In this document: piece after piece, positions 22,460-34,374 of the stretch | Layout of the letters: each line of letters starts with the position of its first letter | How positions within the stretch are numbered: position 1 is the stretch's first letter | The notes under the pieces: generated by a model | Database searches by the model: none | What the model was told of the DNA's origin: nothing | Seen by the model: the letters and a program-made list of their open reading frames with translations, nothing else | Translations under genes and position numbers: made by a program | Assembly: GCA_963666055.2 (NCBI GenBank) | Contig: CAXWPH010000014.1 | Location: forward strand, 1 to 64,000 | Origin: Acidobacteriota bacterium | Lineage (GTDB): Bacteria; Acidobacteriota; UBA890; WLXD01 | Length of the DNA: 64,000 nt | Direction of reading: 5' to 3'

Positions 22460-22669
22460 GCTCGGGTAGTGTCCCGCTTTCCGTGGAAGAAGGTCACGGT
22501 GATCCGACCCCGATAGAGTTTCGGGGGCATCCACGTGCAATGGAGGATCACTGTCATGAGTAAGGGTCGCAGAAGAGTGACGAGTGAAAAAGCGGAAGGA
22601 ACCCAAAGCGACCTGCTGGAGGCAGTCTCAACAGCGCGAATCGGAACTAGACGCCGGGAGGGTCGTCAC

Positions 22670-23278
22670 ATGATCGACAAAACGAGAGTACTGGTCCTGC
22701 TGGCTCTGTCTTGCGGATTGGCCATTAGCTGCGGAGAGACCGAAGTGAACTCGGAATCGGCCGAACCTGCGAGCATCTCGGAAGATGTTCGCAGCGACAT
22801 CTACCTCCGCTTCACCATCGACGGTGACGGCTTTGAAAACGAGACTTTGGAGCCGAGTTTCGCTACAGACGTTCGATCCCGCAACGTGAACTACTGGATG
22901 GCCTACCTGGATCGAGAGCAGACAGTGTTTCGTCTCGAGAGCGACGCGGAGGACTGGGCACTCGACATCAACTTCAAGATCGACGCCAAAGCGCTGGGAA
23001 CCTACGGATTCGATCCCGACGATCTGAATATGAATCAGAACTTCGACCTCAACCTGCGCCACGCCGAGTCGGAGGAGAGGCGGCAGTACTACGCCCAACA
23101 GGCGACGCTGGAGCTGAGCGAATATGACGGCGACTACATAACGGGCACGTTCAGCGGTCGCTTCTTTCGTGGCTCCATGACAAACCAGGAAGATCGCGAG
23201 TATGTGTCCATCTCGGACGGCGAGTTCCGAGTCAACTGGGCGGAGGGCCAGAGCAACACGAACAAAGCCCGCTGGTGA
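22670..23278 (+). CDS. Hypothetical lipoprotein
   Basis: GGAGG RBS, MIDKTRVLVLLALSCGLAISC lipobox, ITGTFSG...ISDGEF beta-rich C-terminus. Confidence 0.75.
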   Translation: MIDKTRVLVLLALSCGLAISCGETEVNSESAEPASISEDVRSDIYLRFTIDGDGFENETLEPSFATDVRSRNVNYWMAYLDREQTVFRLESDAEDWALDINFKIDAKALGTYGFDPDDLNMNQNFDLNLRHAESEERRQYYAQQATLELSEYDGDYITGTFSGRFFRGSMTNQEDREYVSISDGEFRVNWAEGQSNTNKARW

Positions 23279-23309
23279 GTACTGTGTGGATCGAAAACTA
23301 TCGGCGGCG

Positions 23310-23483
23310 TTGAGAACCGTCGGTGGAACCGGCAGTTTTTCCGACTACGACGTGACGGGCGACGGTCAGCGGTTCGTGACGCTCCCCGAGACCGGCCAGA
23401 GCAGCCAGAGCGAGACCGGCTACGTCACGCTCATCACCAACTGGTTCGACGAGCTGAAGCGGCTCGTGCCGACGGATCGGTAG
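23310..23483 (+). pseudogene. Orphan C-terminal tail of a kinase-TolB/PD40 protein
   Basis: YDVTGDGQRFV...VTLITNWFDELKRLVPTDR*. Confidence 0.85.
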
Positions 23484-23563
23484 CGCGCTTAGCCGAGTCT
23501 CGCGAGCCGATTCCCGTTGCACCACTTCTTGCACCACATTCCCTGCACCTTGCCCGTGAAGTC

Positions 23564-23836
23564 ATGGCGGTAAACGCGCAGTTGGGTTTTGACTATGTCG
23601 ACCTGAAGTGCCTGCCCGCGGACTACCACTATCATCCAGAGAAAATTGCCCCAGCTATGGACAGCGCAATCCACAAGGCGCGTGCTGATGGGTATCAACA
23701 TGTATTCGTCGGCGACGCCGACTGCGGTACCTGCGGCGAGCTCGACAAAGTGTGCGAAAAGCATGGTGTGTCACGCATAGAAGGGCCGCTTTGCTTTTCG
23801 TTCTACATGGGCAATCAAGCCTTCAAAGAAATCTGA
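23564..23836 (+). pseudogene. DUF1638-like internal fragment, lower GC
   Basis: CLPADYHYHPEKI...ADCGT.GELD..CEK.GV.RIEGP.CFSFY; lacks both ends. Confidence 0.65.
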
Positions 23837-23871
23837 CGAAGCCTGACAGGCCGCCGGCTCCGGTAAGCGCC

Positions 23872-23897
23872 GGGGGGGGGGGGGGGGGGGGGGGGGG
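23872..23897. other. 26-nt poly-G run, probable sequencing/assembly artefact
   Basis: Uninterrupted G26 at a junction between unrelated fragments. Confidence 0.75.
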
Positions 23898-24105
23898 CCC
23901 TATCGATACCCATCCCCGGCGATTCACCCCCCAACACGGAAGAGGGCGGGCATTGCGCTGCCATGTACTTGTGGGTTGGCCGTGTGGAAGACGCCGTTTC
24001 ACAGGACCCGGTCTCGGCCGTGAGATGGCTCACGGTCACACTCTCAACCACCGTAAAGAGGGTCGCGAAGCCTTACGCGTGGGCGGGATCAGCCGGGACG
24101 GACAT

Positions 24106-24273
24106 GTGCACTTTGAGGGCAGCGGCGACGTGGCCGTCGGCTGGTCGGCCTATGAGATGACGCTGCTGATCGACGGACAGGAGGTCAAGGACTCGGGATC
24201 GCAGCTGTTCTACTGCGTGGAGCAAACCGATGGAAGCTGGCTGGTCGTGCGCTGGATGTACAATTCGGACTTC
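24106..24273 (+). pseudogene. C-terminal fragment of an NTF2/SnoaL-like protein
   Basis: EGSGDVAVGWSAYEMT...DSG.....QTDGSWLVVRWMYNSD. Confidence 0.6.
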
Positions 24274-24907
24274 CGGCGGTGGGCTGAGGACCGAGGCCCT
24301 GCATTGCGACAGGCCCGCGGTTGATCGCTGGCTAGTCCCTTCGTGGGCGTGTCTCGCTGATCGACTTCGGCGTGGCGAACAACATCATGTCGATCAGGAC
24401 GATCTCGCCGATCGATTTCTTCGCCCGTGCTCATGGGGGGGCTCTTCTTAGGCGCCAGCCTGGTTGCGCCGGGGTACATGCTCCGCCCTCGCCCAAGAGT
24501 CGCCTGCACAGTCTGACGCCGAGGGCGAACAACCCAAAACCGTAGTGTTCATTCCCGGCGTAGAGACTGACGAAATAGCCTTCCACACCAACACGGTGGG
24601 CCTGCTCCGGACGGGCGACAAGGCGAACTCATGTGGGTCCACCGCCAGTCGGGCGCACTGTGGGCGACTGCTACGCACGCCATGACGGGCATCGTCAGGG
24701 GCTCGCGCCTAGAAGTCGACCCCTCGGTTCTGGCGGCGAAGTTCGCAGCCTTCCTTTTTCCGAGTTATTTGCAAATGTTGTGGATTGAGGAAGACTGATC
24801 AGGCGGCGTCTTCGCTAGCGATCAGGTGAACTCCGTCTACGAAGGTGGCGCGGTCGTCGCACGCTAGGGACGCATCGTTGCAGTCGGTCAGCGCGATTGA
24901 AGGGAGC

Positions 24908-25696
24908 CTACGTAGCTCCGCAGGGTGCCCGCGGCAGCTCGACGGGACGCAACATGTAGTTCCTGCTATGAAGTGTCGCCCCGGTGGTTTCGAAGTAGCT
25001 GAGCCAGAAGTCCTTCACCGCCTGTCCCTTCTCGGTGTCTGTACGGGCACCTACGACCACGACACAGAGCCCCTGGAGGTCCGGAAGCTTGTTCTCGCTC
25101 GCGGCGCGTTCCACCTAGTTCATGCGAGGCCGGGCGTCGGACTTCTCAAAGTTCAGGATGGCGTTAGCCTGGAGCATGTCCGAGAACAGGTACAGGGTCG
25201 CGCGGTGGTCGCGGAGCGCCCGCAGGTCGGCGGCCACGTCGTGGAGCGTGGAAAGGATGTCGGTGCCGCGAGTGGGTGCCCGCGAGCCGGTGTCCGTGAA
25301 TCGTGCCATGTAGACGACGGCGTCTCGGAGAAACCGCGTCCGGCTGATGGCGTCGCTCTCCACCTCCATGCCCGGGTACTCCCGCTCGGGCACACCCTGC
25401 GACCACCGGCGGGGAGGTTCGTCGAGGGAGGCCTCCAGTAGTTCCATGACAACGATGTTGTCGCCGTGGTCGAGCTCGCGCACCCGGCCGGCTGTCAGGT
25501 CTCGAGCCAGTCCAAGCTGGTAATCCGACATGCTGCCGGAACGGTCGTAGACGAAGATCACCAACTCCGGAGGCGTGTCCTGCCCGGGGATCTCCGTCGC
25601 ACCGCCGCTGCATGCGGCCAGTACGATGGTCGCGAGGACCGCCAACGTGGTAGTCGATCGGCGGCGCACCCACCCATGGCGCGCTCCCTCACGCAT
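24908..25696 (-). pseudogene. VWA-like lipoprotein with an in-frame TAG at 25115-25117
   Basis: Lipobox LAAC, YDRSGSM (MIDAS-like DxSxS), TDIL, LFSDM; the frame continues directly after the TAG to 24908. Confidence 0.65.
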
Positions 25697-27002
25697 CGCC
25701 GCCGTCCGCCTCCCACGACTGGAGCTGATGGTTGAAGCGGCCGCGCGCCTCGGTGAATCGATTGCTCAGATGTCGGTGGTCGGCTTGGGCGTCCGCGACC
25801 ACCTTCCGGTAGGACTCGAGGTTCAATCCGGAGCCGTCGGTCACAAGTCGCAAGCGCACCGTGGCGCGGAAAGCCGCGACGCTTTCTGCGGTTACTCCGC
25901 GCGCACGCGCATTCTCGTGACGGTACAGCGTGATGATCGATTCGAGGTGACTGGCCACAGCCTTGGGGTCGCGGGAAAAGCCGTCCGCTGCGAAGCTTTC
26001 GAGTTCGCGAATCGGAGGCCGGGCCTGAGACAATGAGTCGCTGAGCTCGACAGCGGTCGACTCGGCGGTTTCGATGATCCCTTCGCGGTCGTCCTCGTAA
26101 AGATCCTCGTTGAAGTACTCCGCGGTTGCTTCACGGCGGTGGAAATAGGCGGCGATGATCGCGGCCAGGACGAGCGTCAGGTTCAGTAGGAGAATGGGGT
26201 AGGTCATGCGGGCCATCGATGACGCGTACTCCAGCAGCCGGGTAGCAGCCACCTCCATGTCGTCCGCTCGATCGGCGAGCTGATTGGCCTCGAGCAACTT
26301 GCCGTCGGTTTGTAGCCAACCGGCCTCGCGGCGCAACTCGGATACCGCCTGGATGTCGTGCCGGTAGCGTTCCCCACCGACTTCTCCGAGAATGACGCGA
26401 GACTGGAACAGCACACCCAGGACGAGCACGAGACCGAGGCAGGTGAGGGTCATCGGCACGACATTCTCGATGGCCGAGCGCGAGGTCATCACGCTGCTTT
26501 GGACGCGGTCGTCTTTCCTCATGATCAGCTCGCGCAGCGAGTGCCCGAAGAAGTGTGCCAGCACGCACAGGAACGTGATCACCCCCGCGGCCAGCAACGC
26601 GGCGTCGGGGCGGAGCACGATCTGGGCGAGGACGCGCTCGATGCCGGCCATCCAACCCGCGCTCGTTTCCACGATGACGCCGATTTGCCTCTCGGTGAGC
26701 GGATCCCGCGGCAGTAGCGTGCTGAAAACCGGTGCATTGGCGAAGAACTCGACGAGTCCCAAAAAGCTGAGGGCAACGATGTAGGTCTTTGTCGAGAGTC
26801 CAGGTGTGCGTCGGCTTCCTTCGCTGTTCCGGCGCAATTCCATCTCGTCTCGGCAACTCGACCGGCGGACCTTGAGACGGATGAGCTGACTCGTCAGCCG
26901 CTCTAGGCGGTCGAGCAGAAGCCCTGCCCTTCCGAGGAGCTTCGAGGCGTGTTCCTCGCGCTCGGCGAGCCGGTCACGGAACTGTCTGCGTTCGGCCACC
27001 AT
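25689..27002 (-). CDS. Membrane/coiled-coil hypothetical protein, probably 5'-truncated
   Basis: Four hydrophobic segments plus coiled coils; begins at the tadC breakpoint; overlaps the VWA-like gene start. Confidence 0.65.
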   Translation of the reverse strand: MVAERRQFRDRLAEREEHASKLLGRAGLLLDRLERLTSQLIRLKVRRSSCRDEMELRRNSEGSRRTPGLSTKTYIVALSFLGLVEFFANAPVFSTLLPRDPLTERQIGVIVETSAGWMAGIERVLAQIVLRPDAALLAAGVITFLCVLAHFFGHSLRELIMRKDDRVQSSVMTSRSAIENVVPMTLTCLGLVLVLGVLFQSRVILGEVGGERYRHDIQAVSELRREAGWLQTDGKLLEANQLADRADDMEVAATRLLEYASSMARMTYPILLLNLTLVLAAIIAAYFHRREATAEYFNEDLYEDDREGIIETAESTAVELSDSLSQARPPIRELESFAADGFSRDPKAVASHLESIITLYRHENARARGVTAESVAAFRATVRLRLVTDGSGLNLESYRKVVADAQADHRHLSNRFTEARGRFNHQLQSWEADGGDA

Positions 27003-27029
27003 CCAGCGCTCGAATGGGGCACATAGATA

Positions 27030-27763
27030 CGGTCGCTGAGGATCAGCATCCCGACGAGCGACTGGATGTCGGCGATACCCGTACGTTCCGCAAGGCCGCG
27101 GAGAGCCTCCGAACGGGGCTTACCAGCGCGGATCTCGAGGTTCAGGACCATCAGCTCGTCGCTGATCGCCGGCGAGATGCGTTCCATTTCCTCGCCCACC
27201 CGTACGAGCGCCGCGTTCAATCCCAACCCCGCTTCTACGCACACCACCAAGAGGTCGAGAGCATCAGGCAGCGCCTGTAGGAGCTCGTGCTGGCGGCGTC
27301 GGACGCGCATGCGTAAGAAGAACGCGGGCAACATCCAGCCGGCGAGGATTGCGATCACGGTTGCCAGGAAGATCTCGGCCATGCTCAGCAGGGCCACACT
27401 GCCTAGGAAAAGGGCCAATGTTCCGAGGCTGGCTGCGGCCACGGCCCGGGAGGCCAGGTAGTAGACCACCGCCTTGGTGTGTCGGATCCCCGCCTGTTGC
27501 ATGAGCTGTCGGAGCCTCGAGGTCCGCTTGTCCTCCACGCGCATGCGCTCGCCGAGGGCCTCTAGCAGACCCTGGAGCTTGACCCGGCGGGCCTGCCGAC
27601 GGCGTTGGTCCAGCAACTGGCGGGAACCGACACTGCTGGCACGGATGGAGGCGAGCTGCCGGTTCACAGTCCGCTCCGCGTTGCTCGAAGTAGCGGCTGT
27701 GCCGGCTCCTACGAGCAGACCTGCCGAAAGGGCAACGAGCAAGACGATCAGGTAGATCATCAT
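27030..27763 (-). pseudogene. tadC: TadC (type II secretion F family), C-terminally truncated
   Basis: LPDALDLLVVCVEAGLGL, EIRAGKPRSEAL, LILSDR, then loss of the expected GT..A..LR segment and final TM. Confidence 0.85.
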
Positions 27764-27803
27764 TGGCGGGCATCGGCGCTGGCTGGGGCTGGGGCGCACA
27801 TCA

Positions 27804-28794
27804 TCAGAACTCGATGTCGACGATCTTGCGGATCCAGAGGAAACCCAGAATCTGCATGACGGCGGTGCCCAGGAGCATGAGTCTTCCAGTGGGCTCCTGT
27901 ATGAGGACGATCATGTAGTCGCGGTTGATGATGAACAGCATCACCCCCACGGCTGCCGGCAGCACCGCGAGCAGGTAGCCGGTCATTCGGCCCTGGGCCG
28001 TGTGCACGCGCAGCTGGCGTCGAAACTTGAATCGCTCGCGGATCAGATGCGCTAGGTTGTCGAGGATCTCCGCCAGGTTGCCGCCCGACTCACGCTGGAT
28101 GAGTACCGAAGTGACGAACATCTGGACGTCGACCGTATCAATGCGGTCGCTTAGGCTGAGGAGCGACTCTTGCAGCGGCAGGCCGAACCGCTGCTGCTCG
28201 AAGACCTGTCGAAACTCGCGGTTGACCGGCTCGGGAGACTCCTGAGCGATTACCTCCAGTCCGGTCAACAGGGCATGCCCGGCCCGCAACGAGCGCCCCA
28301 GCAACTCGACCGCCTCCGGGAAGTGCTCCTCGAACGCAGCGGCCCGGAGACTCCGCCGGCGTCGAAGGTACGTGTAGGGGAGCAGGGCGGCCCCTGCCGC
28401 GATGACCAATGGGCCGACAGGGCCGACGAACACGAGGCTCGATGCCAGCCCAGCCCCGGCTCCGAGGCCGAGGGTGAGCGTTAAGAACGTGCTGACGCCC
28501 CAATGCACGTCGGCTTGTTCTAGCAATCGTCGGAGGTCCGCCCCGTGCGGCAGGAACCTCACCAGGACTGCCGGAAGTCCCGTTTCCTTCCCCTCGGCTC
28601 TGAAAAGCGGCCCCTCTCTCGACTCCACGCCGACTTCCGAGATCCGCCGAGCAAGCTCGCGCAGCTGGTGCGCGACCTTGTGTTCTTGGCGCATTCGCCG
28701 TATAGCCTCCCAGACAAGACTCAGGCAAACCACGCTCATCGCCACGGCCGCGAATATCAGTACGGCGCCGACCCACGGAGAAGTAGGCAGCTGC

Positions 28795-28796
<2 letters not shown>
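27804..28796 (-). CDS. tadB: TadB (type II secretion F family)
   Basis: [43 protein letters not shown]. Confidence 0.92.
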
Positions 28797-30287
<1,491 letters not shown>

Positions 30288-30295
<8 letters not shown>

Positions 30296-31558
30296 CGGTC
30301 ATTCCCTCGTTCTTTGGGCTCCTGCGTCCGTTCCTTGTCCGGAACGAACGGAACCACGCCCCGAGTCCTCTGGCTTTCGGTGCCGTCTCGATGCCGGTTA
30401 TCCGGCCGGCAAGGGTTCGGATGTCCTCGGCGAAATCCGAGGCGCCAGTCATCACGGCGGGCGTCCCCTCGTTGATGGCGGCCATTACGACCTTGTAGTC
30501 ATTGCGTATGGTCGCGAACACCGGGTGACCGGTGGTCTCTTCCACCTGCGAGAGGGAGATCATACCTCGTGAGTCGTAGCGGTTTGCGACGACGCGGATC
30601 CAATCGCTCGGCCGGTCGCCGCCGAGTTCCTTGAGCAGCGGCAGGCAACGCGTGAGGTTACGAATGCTGGGGAGGTCCACAGTCGTTATCAGAAGCAGGT
30701 AGTTGGCCGCCCTGATCGCGGCGATCGTGGCTGGGTTGAGCGCCGGATTGAGGGTCTTCGGTGCATCCACGAAGATATAGTCGTACTGGTTCCCGAGGAA
30801 CGCCAGGATGTCGGTGACTCGGTCACCGCTCAAGGCCTCGAAATCGGGCGGGTTTGTAGGGCGCTGACAGTAGGTCGATGCCGGACTTGTGATGTTCGAT
30901 GTACGAGGCGAGTAGGTCCGTGTCGACCCGATGGAAGTTCCGGACCAGGTCGACCATGTTGAAACGCGGCTCCTCGCCGAGTTGCAGCGCCGACTCGCCG
31001 AGCTCGAGGTCCAGGTCCAGGAGCAGCGTTTTCTTCCGGGAGGCTCGATACACGTCCACGCTGGTGTTCGTGCATACCGTCGTGCAACCGGTACCGCCCT
31101 TGGCGCTGAAGCAGACGATCACCTGACCAGGCGTCCCGTTCCTCGCTCGTCTTCGGCTTGCCGAGCTTTCGGCGAGCGTTCTTCATCGCCTTCTCGATCG
31201 CCTCGGAGGTGATCGGCTTAGGGATGAAATCCGCGACCCCGGCGTGCATCACGTCCATCAGCATCTCCGGCGACTGTGGTGGGCCCGACGCCACCATCAC
31301 CCCGCCGATCTTCTCGTCGCCGAGAAATTCCGCGAACTTCAAGCCAATGGAGAAGTTCGACTCCAGATCGAGGATCACGATGTCGGGGGCGAGTGACCTC
31401 AGCTTCTGCAGGTCGACGTCCGTGATGTCCGAGTAGGGCGCCTGGATCTCGGCGTCGACGCGGAAGTCGCCCGATTCGAAGAGCGCGCTCGACCGCAGCG
31501 CCTCGACGAACCCTGAGTCGGCGGAGACGACGGCGCAGGTGAGCGCACGCGCGCTCAT
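30288..31558 (-). CDS. cpaE: CpaE/TadZ receiver-like + MinD/ParA ATPase (two frameshifts, ~31135 and ~30848)
   Basis: Three overlapping ORFs give REC-like domain, FSAKGGTGCTT...DLDLELG, and DYIFVD...IRN...VVANR. Confidence 0.85.
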
Positions 31559-31594
31559 AGCGCCGTCCTCGCTCGAAACCCGGTCATGGCTGTC

Positions 31595-32746
31595 CTACCG
31601 GACCAGGCGGACGATGCGTACCGCCGCGCCACCGCCGCCTGCGCCACCGGCAGCGACTCCGGCCAGACCCATCAACACGACGTAGACGTCGTTGGCCTGG
31701 ATCCGATCCACGAAGACGTTGGCGAAGTTCGTGAAGGTGAACGGCTTTTTACCCGGGTCAGGAGCAAAGCGCGGATCGAACATCGGCATGGGACGGATGC
31801 GCGGGCTGTAGCCGCAGATACCGCCGCCATGGGTAACACACTTTAGACCGGCGTCCCAGACAGCCCCTGGATCCTGTTCGATGAGGTCATTGAAACCCTG
31901 CTTGGCAGGACCGAGCATGGCGCCAGGCTCCGTATCTACCGTGTCGCCGAAGCCCAGGATGAGGTCCGGGTCTGTGCAACCGGCGATGTTTGCCCGGAAG
32001 TCGGCGCCGCCCTGCTGGCCGGGCGGCCGCCAAGCGTACCACCAGCTCTCATTCAACTTGCTGCCCTTGAAGGGCTTGATGATCAGCTCGGTGCCGACGT
32101 CGTTGTAGCCGTAGCCCGTGGCGCCAGCCTCGGGCCACGGAATGTAAAAGTCGCCGTCCCCCGTGTCGTAAAGGCCGTCGGCGTTGGCGTCGAACCAGCG
32201 GTCGGGGAGCGCCAAAGGTAGGAGACAATTGACCCATCCCGCCTCGGTAGCTTGGGCCGTGGCGATCGCGTTCACGTCAATCGTGTTGAAGCCGATAATC
32301 CGTCCGAACACGGTCGCCACCGGGTTGGCACGCGCCGCTGTCCGATGGACAGTAGCGGTCACGGTCCACGCGGCGAGGTCCACGACCACGTCGGCCGGCT
32401 CCATGCTGGCGACTTGCCCGCGTACGAGGTTCGCGGCGGCGTAGATCGAGGCGTATTCGAACACGCGGACCTCGACTCCCGGGTCGTTGCCGAAATCGAC
32501 CAGGGCGCCGGCGCCAGCAAGTGCCGCGGCGTCGGCGGTACGCTGCGCCTCGCCGCGGGCCTCGTACAGCATCCCGAGGTCGATGCTCAAGGCAAGCATG
32601 CCCAGGATGCCCAAGATGGCGATGGCCGAGAACGCCAGCACCGAACCTCGATCGTCCGTCCAGAAACAGGCAAGAGGCGAGCGTCTCGGGAGACGAGACT
32701 GTGGGGTGCGGGGACGCGGGGCCGGTAGCTTCTGCTGCCCGTTCAT
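31595..32746 (-). CDS. TadG-like pseudopilin-domain protein
   Basis: DDRGSVLAF...LSIDLG...EAQRTADAAALAGA. Confidence 0.85.
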   Translation of the reverse strand: MNGQQKLPAPRPRTPQSRLPRRSPLACFWTDDRGSVLAFSAIAILGILGMLALSIDLGMLYEARGEAQRTADAAALAGAGALVDFGNDPGVEVRVFEYASIYAAANLVRGQVASMEPADVVVDLAAWTVTATVHRTAARANPVATVFGRIIGFNTIDVNAIATAQATEAGWVNCLLPLALPDRWFDANADGLYDTGDGDFYIPWPEAGATGYGYNDVGTELIIKPFKGSKLNESWWYAWRPPGQQGGADFRANIAGCTDPDLILGFGDTVDTEPGAMLGPAKQGFNDLIEQDPGAVWDAGLKCVTHGGGICGYSPRIRPMPMFDPRFAPDPGKKPFTFTNFANVFVDRIQANDVYVVLMGLAGVAAGGAGGGGAAVRIVRLVR

Positions 32747-34374
32747 CGGGAGCGTCCTCGGCTGTGAGTCTCGCCCGTCCCGTTGGGTACCGCCGCCGGT
32801 CGGCCTGATCCGGTTGCCTCGGCATCCCCGTCGCCACCGGTCTCGCCACCGCCACCGGTCTCGACATCGCCACCAGTATCGCTGCCATCCGGGCGAGTCT
32901 GGCCCTGGCGTTCCGGTTGCTCAGCCTCGAGCTTCCCCTCCCAGGTTTCCGGCTCGCCGGTGGGCACCGGGGGCGGAGGCCCGTCGGCCGGACGGATGAT
33001 GTGGACGGTGACGAGGACCAGCAGCTCGGAACGGTTCTGCCGCATCTCCTCCGAGCGGAAGAGTGCGCCGAGGATTGGGATGTCCCCTAAGAGGGGGATC
33101 TTGTTGACCAGCTTCGTCATGGTGTTGTCTACCAGCCCCGCGATAGCAAAGGTCTGCCCGTCGGACAGCTCGATGACTGTCTCCGCGCGGCGCGTGAGGA
33201 GCGCCGGGATGCGGAATCCGCTCACCTCGAGCCCCTGGCTGAAGTCGAGTTGCGAGACCTCGGGCGCGACGTGGATCCGGACGGAACCGCTATTCGTGAT
33301 CGTTGGGACGAAGTTCAGCCGGATGCCGAATTCCTTGAACTGAATCGTAACGGCGTTCCCAACGCCGCCGCCCTGGAGGACCGGGAAGGGAAACTCGCCG
33401 CCTGCCAAGAACGATGCCGTGCCCCCCGGTACCGCCATCAGGTTGGGCTCGGCAAGGCTCTTCAGGAGTCCCCTGGTCTGCAAGGCGCGCATGAAGCCTA
33501 CGACCTGGGAAGTCCGCTCGAAGAGAAAAAAGTTAACCGCTTCCTGCGAGGTTTCGACCAACGCGTCGGAGTTATCGTCGGGAGGGCGAAAGAACTGTCC
33601 GGACCCGACCCCCGCTGCGATGTTGTCGTCGTTGAACGCGAGAGCCTCAAGTCCAAACTCGTCCAGCGCGGTCCGGTTGACCTCGGCAAACCGGACCTTG
33701 AGCAAAATCTGCCCACGGTCGGCGACGGCGATTTGGTTCAGCACCTGGGCATCACCCGCCAGCAGGGTCGCCAGCGCGACGGCGCGCTCCTCGACACCGG
33801 GGTCGTGGACGGAACCCGAGAGGATGATGGAGTGGCCAGACGCCGTAGCCAGAATCCCCATCGCCGGCATCAGCCGGTCGATTTGCTTCTGGATAGCTGC
33901 GGCGTCGGCGGTCACATGGACTTGGTACATGGCCCTACCGCCGCCCTGATCCCATAGCAAGAGGGTCGTCTGCCCAAGAGCCTTGGCGTTGACCACTATC
34001 TCGTTGGCCGAGACGACGACGGCGTCGGCAATATTGGGATCGGCGATCGACACGCGCTGGAGCGTGCCCCTATGGTCAATGATCTCGGAGGTGCCCCGCA
34101 CGAGGACGATGGGCGGAGAGGTAGCTACGGCCTGCAACGACGTCGCGGAACGCGCCGCGCCGCTGTCTTGCTCGGCTGGCGCGGGGGCCTGCGCTGCCAC
34201 CACAGGATCCTGTTCATCAATATCGGGATCTTGCGCGGCCGTCGCGGAGTTCGCGATTAGCAGCGTAGCTCCCGCCGCCAGCAAGCCGACGGTAACCGTC
34301 CGCAGAAGGCGGCTTCGGAGACGCTCAGCGGTCGCCACTGGAGTTTCCTTCACCTTCATCTCCTGCTTCCGCAT
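32743..34374 (-). CDS. cpaC: CpaC/RcpA secretin
   Basis: LAEPNL, FLAGGEFP, KEFGIRL, IPLLGDIPILGALFRS, ELLVLVT. Confidence 0.92.
   Translation of the reverse strand: MRKQEMKVKETPVATAERLRSRLLRTVTVGLLAAGATLLIANSATAAQDPDIDEQDPVVAAQAPAPAEQDSGAARSATSLQAVATSPPIVLVRGTSEIIDHRGTLQRVSIADPNIADAVVVSANEIVVNAKALGQTTLLLWDQGGGRAMYQVHVTADAAAIQKQIDRLMPAMGILATASGHSIILSGSVHDPGVEERAVALATLLAGDAQVLNQIAVADRGQILLKVRFAEVNRTALDEFGLEALAFNDDNIAAGVGSGQFFRPPDDNSDALVETSQEAVNFFLFERTSQVVGFMRALQTRGLLKSLAEPNLMAVPGGTASFLAGGEFPFPVLQGGGVGNAVTIQFKEFGIRLNFVPTITNSGSVRIHVAPEVSQLDFSQGLEVSGFRIPALLTRRAETVIELSDGQTFAIAGLVDNTMTKLVNKIPLLGDIPILGALFRSEEMRQNRSELLVLVTVHIIRPADGPPPPVPTGEPETWEGKLEAEQPERQGQTRPDGSDTGGDVETGGGGETGGDGDAEATGSGRPAAVPNGTGETHSRGRSR

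Noticed and set aside
23872-23897. Poly-G as a phase-variation tract or G-quadruplex
   Set aside because: Not in a credible gene or promoter; it lies at a fragment junction, so an artefact is more likely.
14657-25117. Recoding (selenocysteine/pyrrolysine or alternative code) of the in-frame stops
   Set aside because: One is TAA and the other a TAG explained by TGG>TAG; TAG is used as a normal stop by many genes here.
32820-32885. GGxxET tandem repeat in the secretin tail
   Set aside because: Short low-complexity linker with no sign of function.
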